Source: Chiloscyllium plagiosum (Eukaryota). From it: a DNA stretch of 64,000 bases. The stretch's first letter is position 1; every line of letters starts with the position of its first letter. Shown piece by piece: positions 1 through 11,700 of this stretch. The notes under the pieces are model-generated. The model ran no database searches, was not told the DNA's origin, and was given only the letters and a program-made list of their open reading frames with translations. Position numbers and translations under genes: made by a program. The stretch lies in the NCBI RefSeq assembly GCF_004010195.1, contig NC_057735.1, forward strand, positions 11,224,441 through 11,288,440, read 5' to 3'.

Positions 1-2260
1 GAATTATGGTCGCTGGCCCCAAAGTGCTCCCCCGCTGACACCTCAGTCACCTGCCCTGCCTTATTTCCCAAGAGTAGGTCAAGTTTTGCACCTTCTCTAG
101 TAGGTACATCCACATACTGAATCATAAAATTGTCTTGTACGCACTTAACAAATTCCTCTCCATCTAAACCCTTAACACTGTGGCAGTCCCAGTCTATGTT
201 TGGAAAGTTAAAGTCCCCTACCATAACCACCCTCTTATTCTTACAGAAAGCTGAGATCTCCTTACAAGTTTGTTTCTCAATTTCCCTCTGACTGTTAGGG
301 GGTCAATAATAGAATCCAAATAAGGTTATCATCCCTTTCTTATTTGTCAGTTTCCCCCAGATAACTTCCCTGGATGCATTTCCAGGTATACCCTCCATCA
401 GCACAGCTGTAAGGCTATCCCTTATCAAAAACGACATTCTCTTTCCTCTCTTGCCTCCCTTTCTGTCCTTTCTGTAGCATTTGTATCCTGGAACATTAAG
501 CTGCCAGTCCTGCCCATCCCTGAGCCATGTCCCTGTAATTGCTATGATATCCCAGTCCCATGTTCCTAACCATGCCCTGAGTTCATCTGCCTTCCCTGAT
601 AGGCCCCTTGCATTGAAATAAATGCAGTTTCATTTAACAGTCCTACCTTGTTCTTCGTTTTGTCCCTGTCTGCCCTAACTGTTGGACTCACTTCTGTTCT
701 CAACCGTACCAGTCTCAGATTGATCTCGTACCTCACTATCTCCCTGGGTCTATATTAGTCCCCATCTGATTCAGGAGCAATCCGTCCCTATTGTCCAGGT
801 CATTTCTACCCCAGAAAAGATTCCAATGATCCAAAAATGTGAATCCTTCACCCATACACCAGCTCCTCAGCCATGCATTCATCTGCTCTATCCTTCTATT
901 CTTGCCCTCACTAGTTCGTAGCACTGGGAGTAATCCAGATATTACTACTCTCGAGGACCTCCTTTTTAAACTCCTGCAAAACTCTCTGTAATTTCCCTTC
1001 TGAATCTTAACCTTTTCCCTTCCTATGTCGTTTTTTCCAACAAGGACAATGACCTCATTCTGGTCCCTCTCCCCTGTGAGAACATTCTGCACCCCCTCTG
1101 AGACATCCTTGATCCTGGCACCAGGAAAGCAACACATCATTCTGATTTCTCGCTGCTGGCCACAGAAACGTCTGTCTGTTCCTCGGACGAGAGAGTCCAC
1201 TAACACAACCGATCTGTTGGAACTCGACATACCCCTAATTCATCAGAGCCAATCTCAATACCAGAAACTTGGCTGTTCTTGCTACTTTCACCTGAGAATC
1301 CATCACCCCCTGCATTTTCCAAAACAGCATACTTGTTTGAAATGGGGATAGTCACAGAAAACCCTTGCATTACCTGCCTACCTCTCTTACCTTTCCTGGG
1401 CATAACCCATCTCTGTGACTGTATCTGCAACTTTTCCCCCTTCCCAAAACCGCCATCCATCACACCTCCTTGCTCTTGTAAATTCTTCATTGCCCTTAAC
1501 TGTCTCTCCAACCGATCCATTCGATATGATAGGATTTGCAACCAACAGCATTTATTGCAGATATAATTCTCAGTAACATGTAAACTCTCTCAGAACTATC
1601 ACATCCAACAGGAAGGGCATATCACTCTTCACAAGGCCATTTTTGCTTCTTCCAATTTGCAGACCCAGCAAATAGGACTGTCTTATTTCTCTCCTGCTCC
1701 AGGCTAACTTAAGGCTTATATTTTTAATCAAGAGACATATTTCAATAAAACATATAATCAAGAATGAATCCACTCTACTCACTACTGCAGACTTTCTGTC
1801 AGGCCGCACTTAAAAATATTCACTTCTCTGTTTCTGTGCTGTGACCTCTCCCAAACAGGTTCCTCCAAGATTAGTAGTCAATTTCACTGTCTGTTAATTT
1901 TCTCAGATGCACTACGATGTCCAGTGATACATCAACTCAAACAATAAAGGCAGTAACTGCGCAGGTTCACTGCTGTGTCAGTTAGCAGTGTGGGTTTCCT
2001 TTTCTCTCTCTCTGTCCTGCACTGACCTAACCATGTGTTGCCTTTGTCTGTTCCTCCCCCTTTTAAAAGTGCTGCTAATTTGACATTTTGGCCCAAAGTT
2101 CCAAAACAATGCAGCAGCATTTAAACAGTGTTTGCTGCTCCTGGAATGCGAGGAGATCACCTTCAACATCTGAAATACCTCAAAAAATGAGCAGCCTGTT
2201 ACGGCCAGAAATTTTTCCCATCCTCCATCTTGGATTACCCAGAATCCTCTTTTTGCTGCC
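1..2260 (-). mobile_element. CR1-clade LINE, 5' part (5'UTR, ORF1 with SGNH/GDSL esterase, start of ORF2 endonuclease), degenerate
   Basis: Minus ORF 736..1230 has CR1 ORF1 esterase motifs (VVLVDSLVR, CFPGARI, VGKNDIG, VVISGLLP, MNAWL, GFTFLDHW). The ORF2 endonuclease start (CIYFNARG-like) reads on the minus strand from about 625 toward position 1. The 5' boundary is approximate. Confidence 0.85.
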
Positions 2261-2429
2261 TTCTAACTCTTTTCTTTCTTCAAAAGAGTACTTCACAGAA
2301 TGAGAAGCATTTTGAGATCTCCTCAGATTCTTGAAAGCACCAAAACCCTTCTGATTTATCAACGTCCTTTAGGCAATGATATCTGCCACCATTTCCAAGT
2401 CTGCTCCACATAAGACTCCAGTCATGTAC

Positions 2430-3592
2430 TTTGTCCTTAACTGCCCGCTTCAAATGGCTTAGAAAACCACTCAGACAGTGGCAATTGGAATGGACAACAA
2501 AAGCTGTCCATTAAAGACTAAAAAATAAAGAGTTCATAGTTTATTTGTTGCAGAAATGATTCACGTCAAAAAAAAACACCCAACCCGTGTTGACTGTGTC
2601 CTCCCTGGAGATGGGGAACCTCATCTGTCTGTCTCATGGATTCTCACACTTCAGGAGATGGAAAGCCACTGGCGGGTTGTGTCGGTGTGAGGATGAGGTT
2701 TCATATTATTCCTGCAGGCTCAGAAAACAGACCTCAAGAGGATGGAAGTGACCACTGTCTATGTCGGCAAGTGACAGCTCTATGTGAAACCCGTGGTTTT
2801 AAACAAGTGGGATATCTGGGTTGTAGTTACCAGCCCAAGCCCTTTAACAAACCCCAATGGAACACACCAACTCTCAGATTCAGGGAAAAAAGTAACCGGG
2901 ATCATCATTGTGGGGAACTACAGGAGATGGGAGAGATACAGAACAAATATTTCGCAGGAGTTTCTACAATGGAAAATGACATAGAGGCTAGGGAGCTCCA
3001 GGTAATAAAAAAAGTAACCGGGATCATCATTGTGGGGAACTACAGGAGATGGAAGAGATACTGAACAAATATTTCGCAGGAGTTTCTACAATGGAAAATG
3101 ACATAGAGGCTAGGGAGCTCCAGGTAATAAATATTGATGTCATAAAACACAGTCCATATTATACAAGAGGAAGTTTTGGAGGACTTAAAAACATTAAAAG
3201 TGGATAAATCACTGGGACCTGATCAAGTGTATCCTAGGATGGTGTGGGAAGTTGAGGAAGGAACTTGGGGGACCCCGAGCAGAGATATTTGCATCACCCA
3301 CAGCCACGGGTGAGGTGCCGAAGGACTGGAGGGTGGTTAATGTTGTGCCTTTATATAAGAAAGACTGTAAGGAGAAACTTGAGATCTATAGAGCTGTGAT
3401 TCCGATATCTGTGCTGGGTAGGTTGTTGTAGTGGATTCTTAGAGATAGGATTTGCATACATTTGGAGAGTCAAGAGCTGATTTGGAATAGAGTGAGGGAA
3501 ATCGTGCTGTCCAAACCTGACTGAGATATTTAATGAAGCAACCAAAACAATTGATGACAACACAGCAGTACACATTGTCTACACAGGCATTA
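2430..3592 (+). repeat. Segmental paralogue of the intron that follows the C2 exon in genes B and C
   Basis: Collinear with 44915-45800 and 30125-30860, including the same junction of unique block to CR1 (…cagggaaaaaagtaaccgggatc…ggagatgggagagatac…). Confidence 0.85.
2886..3131 (+). repeat. Local tandem duplication, period about 122 bp, 2 copies
   Basis: agtaaccgggatcatcattgtggggaactacagg…gggagctccaggtaataaa starts at 2891 and again at 3013, near-identical. Confidence 0.9.
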
Positions 3593-3818
3593 NNNNNNNN
3601 NNNNNNNNNGGCCCTGGGTTGTGCTGGTGAACAGAGGGACCTTGGGGCTCAGGTGAAGCAGGTGTTTACACTTGTCTGCATTGCTCAGACCATTGAGTAT
3701 CGGAGTTGGAACATCATATTGTGGTTGTATAGGATGTTACTGAGGCCACTCTTGGAGCACTGTGTACAATTCTGATCACATTGCAACAGGAAGGTTATTA
3801 TTCAACTTGAGAGGGTTC
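2921..3818 (+). mobile_element. Degenerate CR1 LINE ORF2 fragments (spans assembly gap 3593-3609)
   Basis: Remnants of DKSxGPD, PKDWRVVNVVPL and LRPLLEHCVQF motifs with stops and frameshifts. Confidence 0.8.
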
Positions 3819-5385
3819 GATCTTCTATTGAACACATTATAAGCCCATGTGACACAGTTCCCAAATACTGAAGAGCAACATTATTAATTATGAATGAAAT
3901 GAAAAAGACCAAATAATATTTCTTTTAAGTGAACATACCAGTATAATAATTTTAATTTTTCCAAAGTCACAAAAGTAGGTGGTTCGTTGTATTTCTCTTC
4001 CCACTAAAAACCTTTTTCCATTTAGTCTTTAACTTGAATGAAGTTGTTTACTCTCTTTCAATCTCATTGAATTACACATTACAATGTAACACTACAATAA
4101 AATTTTTGTTCATCATTGCCATCTCTCCACATATAGTCAAGAAATTTTCAAACACTCAAAATTAAAATGCCCGATGTAGCATTACTCTCGACTATGACTT
4201 CGTCAATTCTGTTACAAGAAACCTTCCTGAGACATTTTGTGGCTGGAGCCCATGAATTTCATGCAGAATAATTCACGTACAGAAACCTGAAGTGTGCATT
4301 TCTCTGTTTTCACAATTCTCTTTCTTCCAAAGCTTCCTTTTTCCAATAAGATCACTGCTTTCTGACCTTCATCACCTTTAATCATTCGTGTATCTATCTC
4401 CCTTTCTTCTCTCCCCACCACCTCTTCACTTACACTTAATATCCTTTCTGCCACTTTATTAAAGAATTGTACCCCACACAAAAGGCAATTCTCTCAACAA
4501 AATTGTTGGTCTGGTATTTATTGAACTAAAGTCTAGCCAGATATCAACAGGCTGCTCCTCTTTCACACCAGAACATAATGGCACAGCAATTTAAACATTT
4601 TCTCATGAAGCATCTCTCTGGAAAAGTCAGTAACTTACTTTGAGGATAAATTGAGGACTGTGGATGATGGAGATCAGAGTCGCGAGTGTGGTGCTGGAAA
4701 AACACAGCAGGGCACTCAGCATTCGGACAGCAGGTGGTCATTTTACCCTCCTTACATTCTCAGCAATATGTGATTACAAATAATCCTGCCCTTATTGCCA
4801 TCAAGGTCCTGCACATTGATCCCTCTCCCACATCGTGAAACATTCCTGGCAGAAGCTGAATTCTCTTTCTTTCCTACACAAGGACTCGCATCATCATCCT
4901 GGGTCACCTGTTGTGTCTGCTCCTTGAGCCTGAAAATGCAACCCCTGAGCCCACCATGAGTCCACACACACACACAATCCTCTCCTCCCTGGATGAAACC
5001 CTCCTTCTCAGGTCAGAGTAAGGACTCTTCAGCACCTGTGCCCTCCTTCACACTGATCCCCAGCCGACTCCAATCCAGGCCTGTCACTCAGGCTGCTCTC
5101 CAGGGGGAAACATTTTGTTGATGTCACACACAGTGGAGTTAGAGCCCACAGCGGGCAGCACAAACCCAATTTCAAAATTGGGGGCTAGCCGCAACCAGTG
5201 GGGCAATAAAGTATTCTGACTGTTTCAATCACTCCCTGGTTATTTGGAACAGCCTGAGACTGTGATAATGGTTTATATGAATGATTACCTTCATCATGTA
5301 CTGGATGCAATGCAGCTGATTAAAATGTATCTGTGTTTATTAAATCATTCTTTCCAGTTAAATTTCTGAAATATTGTCTCATCAG

Positions 5386-5706
5386 TTTCAGATGTTTTAT
5401 GGGCAGAGAAACATGTTACTGGAATTTTGGGAAGAGCGATCACAATATCTTGTTACTACGAAAATTGGTGGTACCAATCAAACATGAAATATTGGTGTCA
5501 CGGATGGACTCGTCAGTGTAAGTTTATCGCAACGACAAATCGGCCAAATGGGAGAATATCAATCACTGATAACAAAACACAAGGAATATTTCTTGTCACA
5601 ATGAAGAATCTTCAATGGGGAGATGCCGGACGATACAGCTGTGGGATTGAGATTCCTGGTATTTACTCTGACCTCATGTTTAATGTAAATCTGCACATCT
5701 CTGAAG
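5386..5706 (+). CDS. Gene A exon: Ig V domain, CD300/pIgR/TREM type (alternative acceptor gives start 5392)
   Basis: VSDVLWAEKHVTGILGRAITISCYY…KYWCHGWTRQC…GRISITD…FLVTMKNLQWGDAGRYSCG…LHISE. Canonical V-set C/W/D-x-G-x-Y-x-C plus the family's extra C-x6-C. Donor G|GTAAAT. Confidence 0.93.
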
Positions 5707-8700
5707 GTAAATGTCTCAGTGATTTTTACATTACTCTTTGCTGATATGTCTGATCAATGTCTAACCAGGAAGAAAATTGGCCAGGTTTTGGAGTATATTT
5801 GATTTTTGATCTCTCAATAATTGTTTCTTTCCCACAGAAGCCGTCTCTGTTCCTGGACTTCGATTTTTATCCCAACCAAATGTCTCATGTTCTGGGGGTT
5901 CAGTGACAGTCTCCTGTGAGTCTGCCCGGGGATCCCTCCCCATTCACTACACATGGTCTGAGAAGACCCCATTTCAAGATTCAAAGATCTCTTACACCAA
6001 TAAACTGGATCTACATTGTCAATCCTTCACACAGCGACATCATCAATATTACTGCACAGCCTCAAATACTCAGGGAACAAAACCCAGTGAAATTGTTCAT
6101 GTCTCAGTCAGCAATGTAAGAGAGAAGAACTGCAGTTACAGGATACAGACCAACAGCATCAGTAAGTGTGATGTAAACAACGTTTGTTTATTATCTCTCT
6201 CTGGAAAACTGTAATTGATAAAATGGACTCCATTTGTTTCATTATCAGTTCTGAATAAAGCCAATGGTTTACACTGTACTTTGAAAATGAGCAGGTTCAT
6301 AAAATACTACCACAGCATGCAGAAACATTGCAACAACTCCATTGCTACATCACAACCATTTGCTTCCTATAACTAAGTACTTCCCAAATGGGGGAGTTAC
6401 TAAACAAATATTTTGAATATTTTACTGTGGAGAAAGACATGGAGATTAGGAAACTCAGGGAATTAAATATTGATGTCTTGAAAATAGTCCACATTACAGA
6501 AAGGGAAGTGCTGATCGTCTTAAAATACATAATGATGGATAAATCTCCAGGAACCGACCAAGTGTCTCCTAGAACAGTGTGGGTAATTTGGGAAGAAATC
6601 GTAGGGCCTCATAGCAGAGATATTTGTATCATCCACAGCACAGTGAGGTGCCAGAGGACTGGAAGGTGGCTGACACCTTAATTTAGGAAAGGCTGTATGG
6701 AGAAGCCTGAGAATTATAGGCCTGAGTCTGACATCAGTGGTGGGTAAGTTGTTGAAGGGGATTTTGAGAGATCAGATTTACAGGCATTTAGAGAGGCAAG
6801 AACTGATTAGGGATAGTATGTGGGAAATCGTGCATTCTAAACTTGATTGAGTTTTTTGAGAATGTGGCCAAAAATATTGCAGTAGATGTTGTCTGTATGG
6901 ACTTTACTAACAAAGGTTCCGCATGGTAGACTAATTCATAAAGTTAGATCACATGGGATTCAGGCTGAGCTTGTCAATAGAATACAAAATTAGCTTAATG
7001 GCTGGAGACAGAGCGTGGTTGTGGAGGGTAATTCTTTGGATTGGAAGCCTTTGACTTGTGGTGTTCCACGGGGATCGGTGTAATTTATATAAACAATTTG
7101 AATGAGAAATTAGAAGGCATGGTTCGTAAGTTCATGGATGACACCAAAATTGATGGCATTGTTGACAGTGACAAAGGTTATCAACAATTACAAAGGGATC
7201 TTGATCAATTGGTCCAATGGACTGAGGAATGGCAGATGGAGTTTATTTTGGATCAATGTGAGGTATAGCCTTTTGGTAAAACAAACAAGGACAGGATTAA
7301 TACAATGAAAAGTAGGGCCCTGGGTAGTGCTGTCGAACAGAGAGACCCAGGGGATCTTTGAAATTTGCATCACAGGTGGACGGGGTGGTTAAGAAGGTAT
7401 TTAGCATGCTTACTATCATTGCTCAGACCACTGAGTGTAGGAGTTGTGTGTTGAGCTTGTACAGAATGATGGTGAGGCCACTTTTGGAAACTTTGTACAC
7501 TTCTAGTCCCGCTGCTTTCGGCAAGTTATTAAATTGAAGAGGTTTCAAGATTTTGCTGTGACTAGAGGGTTTGAGTGATAAGGATAGGCTGGGAATTTTT
7601 ACACTGGAGGTAGGAGGTTGAGTGGTGACTTTATCGAGGTTTATAACATCATGAGGGGCATAGGTAAGGTGAATAGCAAAGGATTTTTTCACAAGGCTGG
7701 GAGAGTTCAAAGTGAGGGGGCATAGTTTTAAGGTGAGAGAAGAAAAGTGTAAAAGGGGCCAGAAGGGCAACATTTTCACACAGAGAGTGGTTTGTATAGA
7801 GTCACAGAGACACAGAGATGTACAGCACAGAAACATTGGCTTCGGTCCAACTCGTCCATGCCAACCAGATATCCCAACCTAATCTAGTCCCACCTGCCAG
7901 CACTTGACCCATATCCCTCTTAATCATTCCTATTCATATATTCATCCAGATTATTCTTAACCAGATGGGCCAATGGGCTGAGAAGTGGCAGATGGAGTTT
8001 AATTTAGATAAATGCGAGGTGCTGCATTTTGGGAAAGCAAATCTTAGCAGGACTTATACACTTAATGGTAAGGTCCTAGGGAGTGTTGCTGAACAAAGAG
8101 AGATCTTGGAATGCAGGTTCATAGCTCCTTGAAAGTAGAGTCGAACGTAGATAGGGTAGTGAAGAAGACGCTTGGTATGCTTTCCTTTATTGGTCAGAGT
8201 ATAGGGTACAGGAGTTGGGAGGTCATGTTGCGGCTGTACAGGATATTGGTTAGGCCACTGGTTGAATATTGCTTGCAATTTTGGTCTCCCTCCTATCAGA
8301 AAGATGTTGTGAAACTTGAAAGGGTTCAGACAAGATTTACAAGTATGTTGTCAGGGTTGGAGGATCTGAGCAACAGGGAGAGGCTGAACAGGCTGGGACT
8401 GTTTTCCCTGGAGCGTCGGAGGCTGAGGGGTGACCTTATAGAGGTTTACAAAATTATGAGGGGCATGGATAGGGTAAATAGACAAAGTCTTTTCCTTGAG
8501 GTCGGGGAGTCCAGAACTAGAGGGCATAGGTTTAGGGTGAGAGGGGAAAGATATAAAAGAGACCTATGGGGCAACTTTTTCACGCAGAGGGTGTTACATG
8601 TATGGAATGAGCTGCCAGAGGATGTGGTGGAGGCTGGGACTAATGCAACATTTAAGAGGTATTTGGATGGGTATATGATTGGGAAGGGTTTGGAGGGATA

Positions 8701-11700
8701 TGGACTGGGTGCTGGCAGGTGGGACTAGATTGGGTTGGGATATCTGATCGGCATGGACGGGTTTGAGCGAAGGGTCTGTTTCCATGCTGTACATCTCTAT
8801 GACTCTAAATGTTATAATTGTACCAGCCTCTACCACTTCCCCTGGCAGCTCATTCCATACACGCACCACCCTCAGTGTGAAAACATTGCCCCTCAGGTTC
8901 CTCTTATATCTTTCCCCTCTCAACCTAAACCTATGACCTCTCGTTCTGGACTCCCCCACCCCAGGGAAAAGACGTTGTCTATTTACCATATCCATGCCCC
9001 TCATGATTTTATAAATCTCTATAAGGTTACCCCGCAGATTCCGATGCTTCAGGGAAAAATACCCCCAGCCTATTCAGCCTCTCCCGATACCTCAAATCCT
9101 TCAACCCAACAAGACCTTTGTAAACATTTTCTGAAGGTGAAAGTGAGGGCTGCAGATGCTGGAGATCAGTGCTGAAAATGTGTTGATGGAAAAGTGCAGC
9201 AGGTCAGGCAGCATCCAAGGAGCAGGAGAGTTGAAAATGTGTTGCTGGAAAAGCGCAGCAGGTCAGGCAGCATCCAAGGAACAGGAGAGCTGAAAATGTG
9301 TGCTGGAAAAGCGCAGCAGGTCAGGCAGCATCCAAGGAACAGGAGAAAGCGCAGCAGGTCAGGCAGCATCCAAGGAACAGGAGACTGAAGAAGGGCTTAT
9401 GCCCGAAACGTCGATTCTCCTGTTCCTTGTATGCTGCCTGACCTGCTGTGCTTTTCCAGCAATACATTTTCAGCAAACATTTTCTGAAGCCTTCCAAGTT
9501 TCACAATATCCTTCCGATAGGAAGGAGACCAAAATTGCACACAATATTCCAAAAGTGGCCTAACTAATATCCTGTTCAGCCACAACATAACCTCCCAACT
9601 CCGATACTCAATGCTCTGACCAATAAAGGAAAGCATACCAAACACCTTCTTCACGGCCCTATCTACCTATGACTCTACTTTCAAGGAGATATGAACCTGC
9701 TCTCCAAGGTTTCTTTGTTCAGCAATACCCTCCTGGACCTTACCATTAGGTGTATTAGTCCTGCTCTGATTTGCCTTTCCAAAATGCAACACCTCACACT
9801 AAAATCCATCTGCCAATCCCTCGCCCATTGGCCCATCTGATCAAGATCCCATTGTACCCGGAGCTAACCTTCTTTGTTGTACAGTAAAGCTGCAATTTTG
9901 TTGTCACCTGCAACATATAATTACTTACTGTAGCTCCTATGTTCACACACAAATGATTTAGTGAATGACAATGTGGAGTGAAATGCCAGACGACATGGTA
10001 GATGAAGGTACAGTTACAGTATTTAAAACGCATTTGAATAGGTGCATGAATAAGAAATGTTTAGAGAGACATGGGCCAAACGTAGATAAGTGGGACTAGT
10101 ATATTTTGGGAAACATGTTTGGCACTGACGTGTTGAACCGAAGGGTCTATTTCCGTGCTTACTATGACTCTAACATTTTCAGTAGAATTAGCCCACTTAC
10201 AGGTGTCATTGTTACCAGGGAAGGGGAAATAATGCAAAACTCCATGATATCAAAAGGGCTTTTCCCCAAGTAATGAGGTTCCACTTGTCCATGAGGTTCC
10301 CTTGGGTAACTACAAGTGAGAAGGAGACTAATCTGAACATTATTCCCTTGTTTCAACAGGTGAACAATATACTTGTGCTGTTTCTTCAACAACATCACCA
10401 AGAACTGCACATTCCCCAATTATAACTGGAAGTTTCTCGACCAGTCAAAACCAGTCCCCAGGAAAGAATTCCCATGAAACGTATGATATTCTCTGCTTTG
10501 ATTCAGTGTGTGAGATTAACAATATTTTTTAGCCAAACAAGTGAAAGGCTTTTGTTATTTTGGAAATGAAAATGGTGCTGGGTTTATATTGGGCTCCTGA
10601 GTTAGTTCCATATTAAAGGTTCAATTGTTTTTGAAAAGCAAAAATGGAAAATAATTGTTTCTATTTTGTTGGCCCTCAGATGGCATTGCTCAGCTTCATT
10701 ACTTCACCATTAAACTACATCATGTGTGATGTCCCCTGCTTGCCAAACGTACCTTGCTGCTGTCACCTTCAGTGACGTTTCAGGATAGTGTCATTCCTGC
10801 TGGTGAAAAGGAAGGTTTGAAGTGATACCTCTGCACAGGGACAGATAGCTTGCAGGGTTAGGCTTTAGCCTGAGTTCATCAGCCTGAGCTGTTGGAAATA
10901 AGCTGCAGGAACTGTAAGTGTGATATAAACACTGAGGAAATAATTCTTGGAAGTTACAAAGGTGATGAAGAGAAAGTGCCACTTAAGTGTCAGTCAGAAA
11001 TGGAGAATATTGGAAACGCAGTGTGATTTAGTCCACATTTGGGCAGAAATAGCTCAGTGCAGAATTCTTCACAATTCTAGTCCACACCCGAAACAACCCC
11101 CAGATACTGTCTGATTATACCTTTCCAGCAACTTCTGTTTTTCATTCAGGTCTCCAGCACATGTTATTCATTTGTTTTTAAACAGATAATACTCTGTGAT
11201 TCAAAAAGCATTGAAAGTTTATACATTTTATTTGCGGTTATATCTGCATATCTGTTGTCTCAGTTTGTATAAATGAAGATCTTCGGAATCCATTCTCAAA
11301 TCTGTTGTTGCTAATTTTCGGTGACCATCTAGTGTTTTTTTATTCCATTTTTACCAAGTGAAATTTACCACATCTGCAAAAGGCTCTGTGGTGGTACACT
11401 CACCTTCTATGCCAGAGATTGTGAGTTCTCTTCCTCTTCAGAAACATGGGCACATTATCAAGGCTGAGTCTCTAGTGCAGTACTGAGGGAATGCCATGCT
11501 GTTGTGGTACAATCTTCCCAGTGTGATCAATCCAGGCCCCATCTCCCCGTCTCAGGGGAATGTGACAGATCTCATGGTGATATTTGTGGAAGAGCAGGGC
11601 TGTTCTCCCTGGAGACTTGGGCAGTGCCTCTCCCTTACCAATTCCAAATTATATGATCAGTCATCTGATTATTGTTTGTTGGAACATACTGTGTGCAAAG

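Larger units (their letters stand above)
7799..9970 (-). mobile_element. CR1 LINE 3' part, minus strand (7799-7960 plus 8806-9970), nested in the older CR1
   Basis: The 3' tail begins at 7799. Sequence across the 7960/8806 break rejoins into the CR1 3' consensus seen at 12200-12260. ORFs 9397..9654 and 8594..9004. Confidence 0.8.
6385..10170 (+). mobile_element. Old CR1 LINE (6385-7798 plus about 9971-10170), shared with gene C intron (45390-47238), interrupted by younger insertions
   Basis: Degenerate RT motifs (KFMDDTK, LQRDLDQL). Shares a diagnostic internal deletion (…ggatctttgaaatttgcatcacagg…) with the copy at about 46580. Confidence 0.8.

Noticed and set aside
9170-9385. Repeat array of about 59-bp units superficially like a CRISPR array
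   Set aside because: Eukaryotic context, no unique spacers, and it lies inside a TSD-flanked Penelope-derived element.
10203-10269. Alternative phase 1-to-2 candidate exon (VIVTREGEIMQNSMISKGLFP)
   Set aside because: Weak acceptor (gatag in gene C). The 10360-10480 exon has better splice sites, stalk-like composition and a homologue in all three paralogues.
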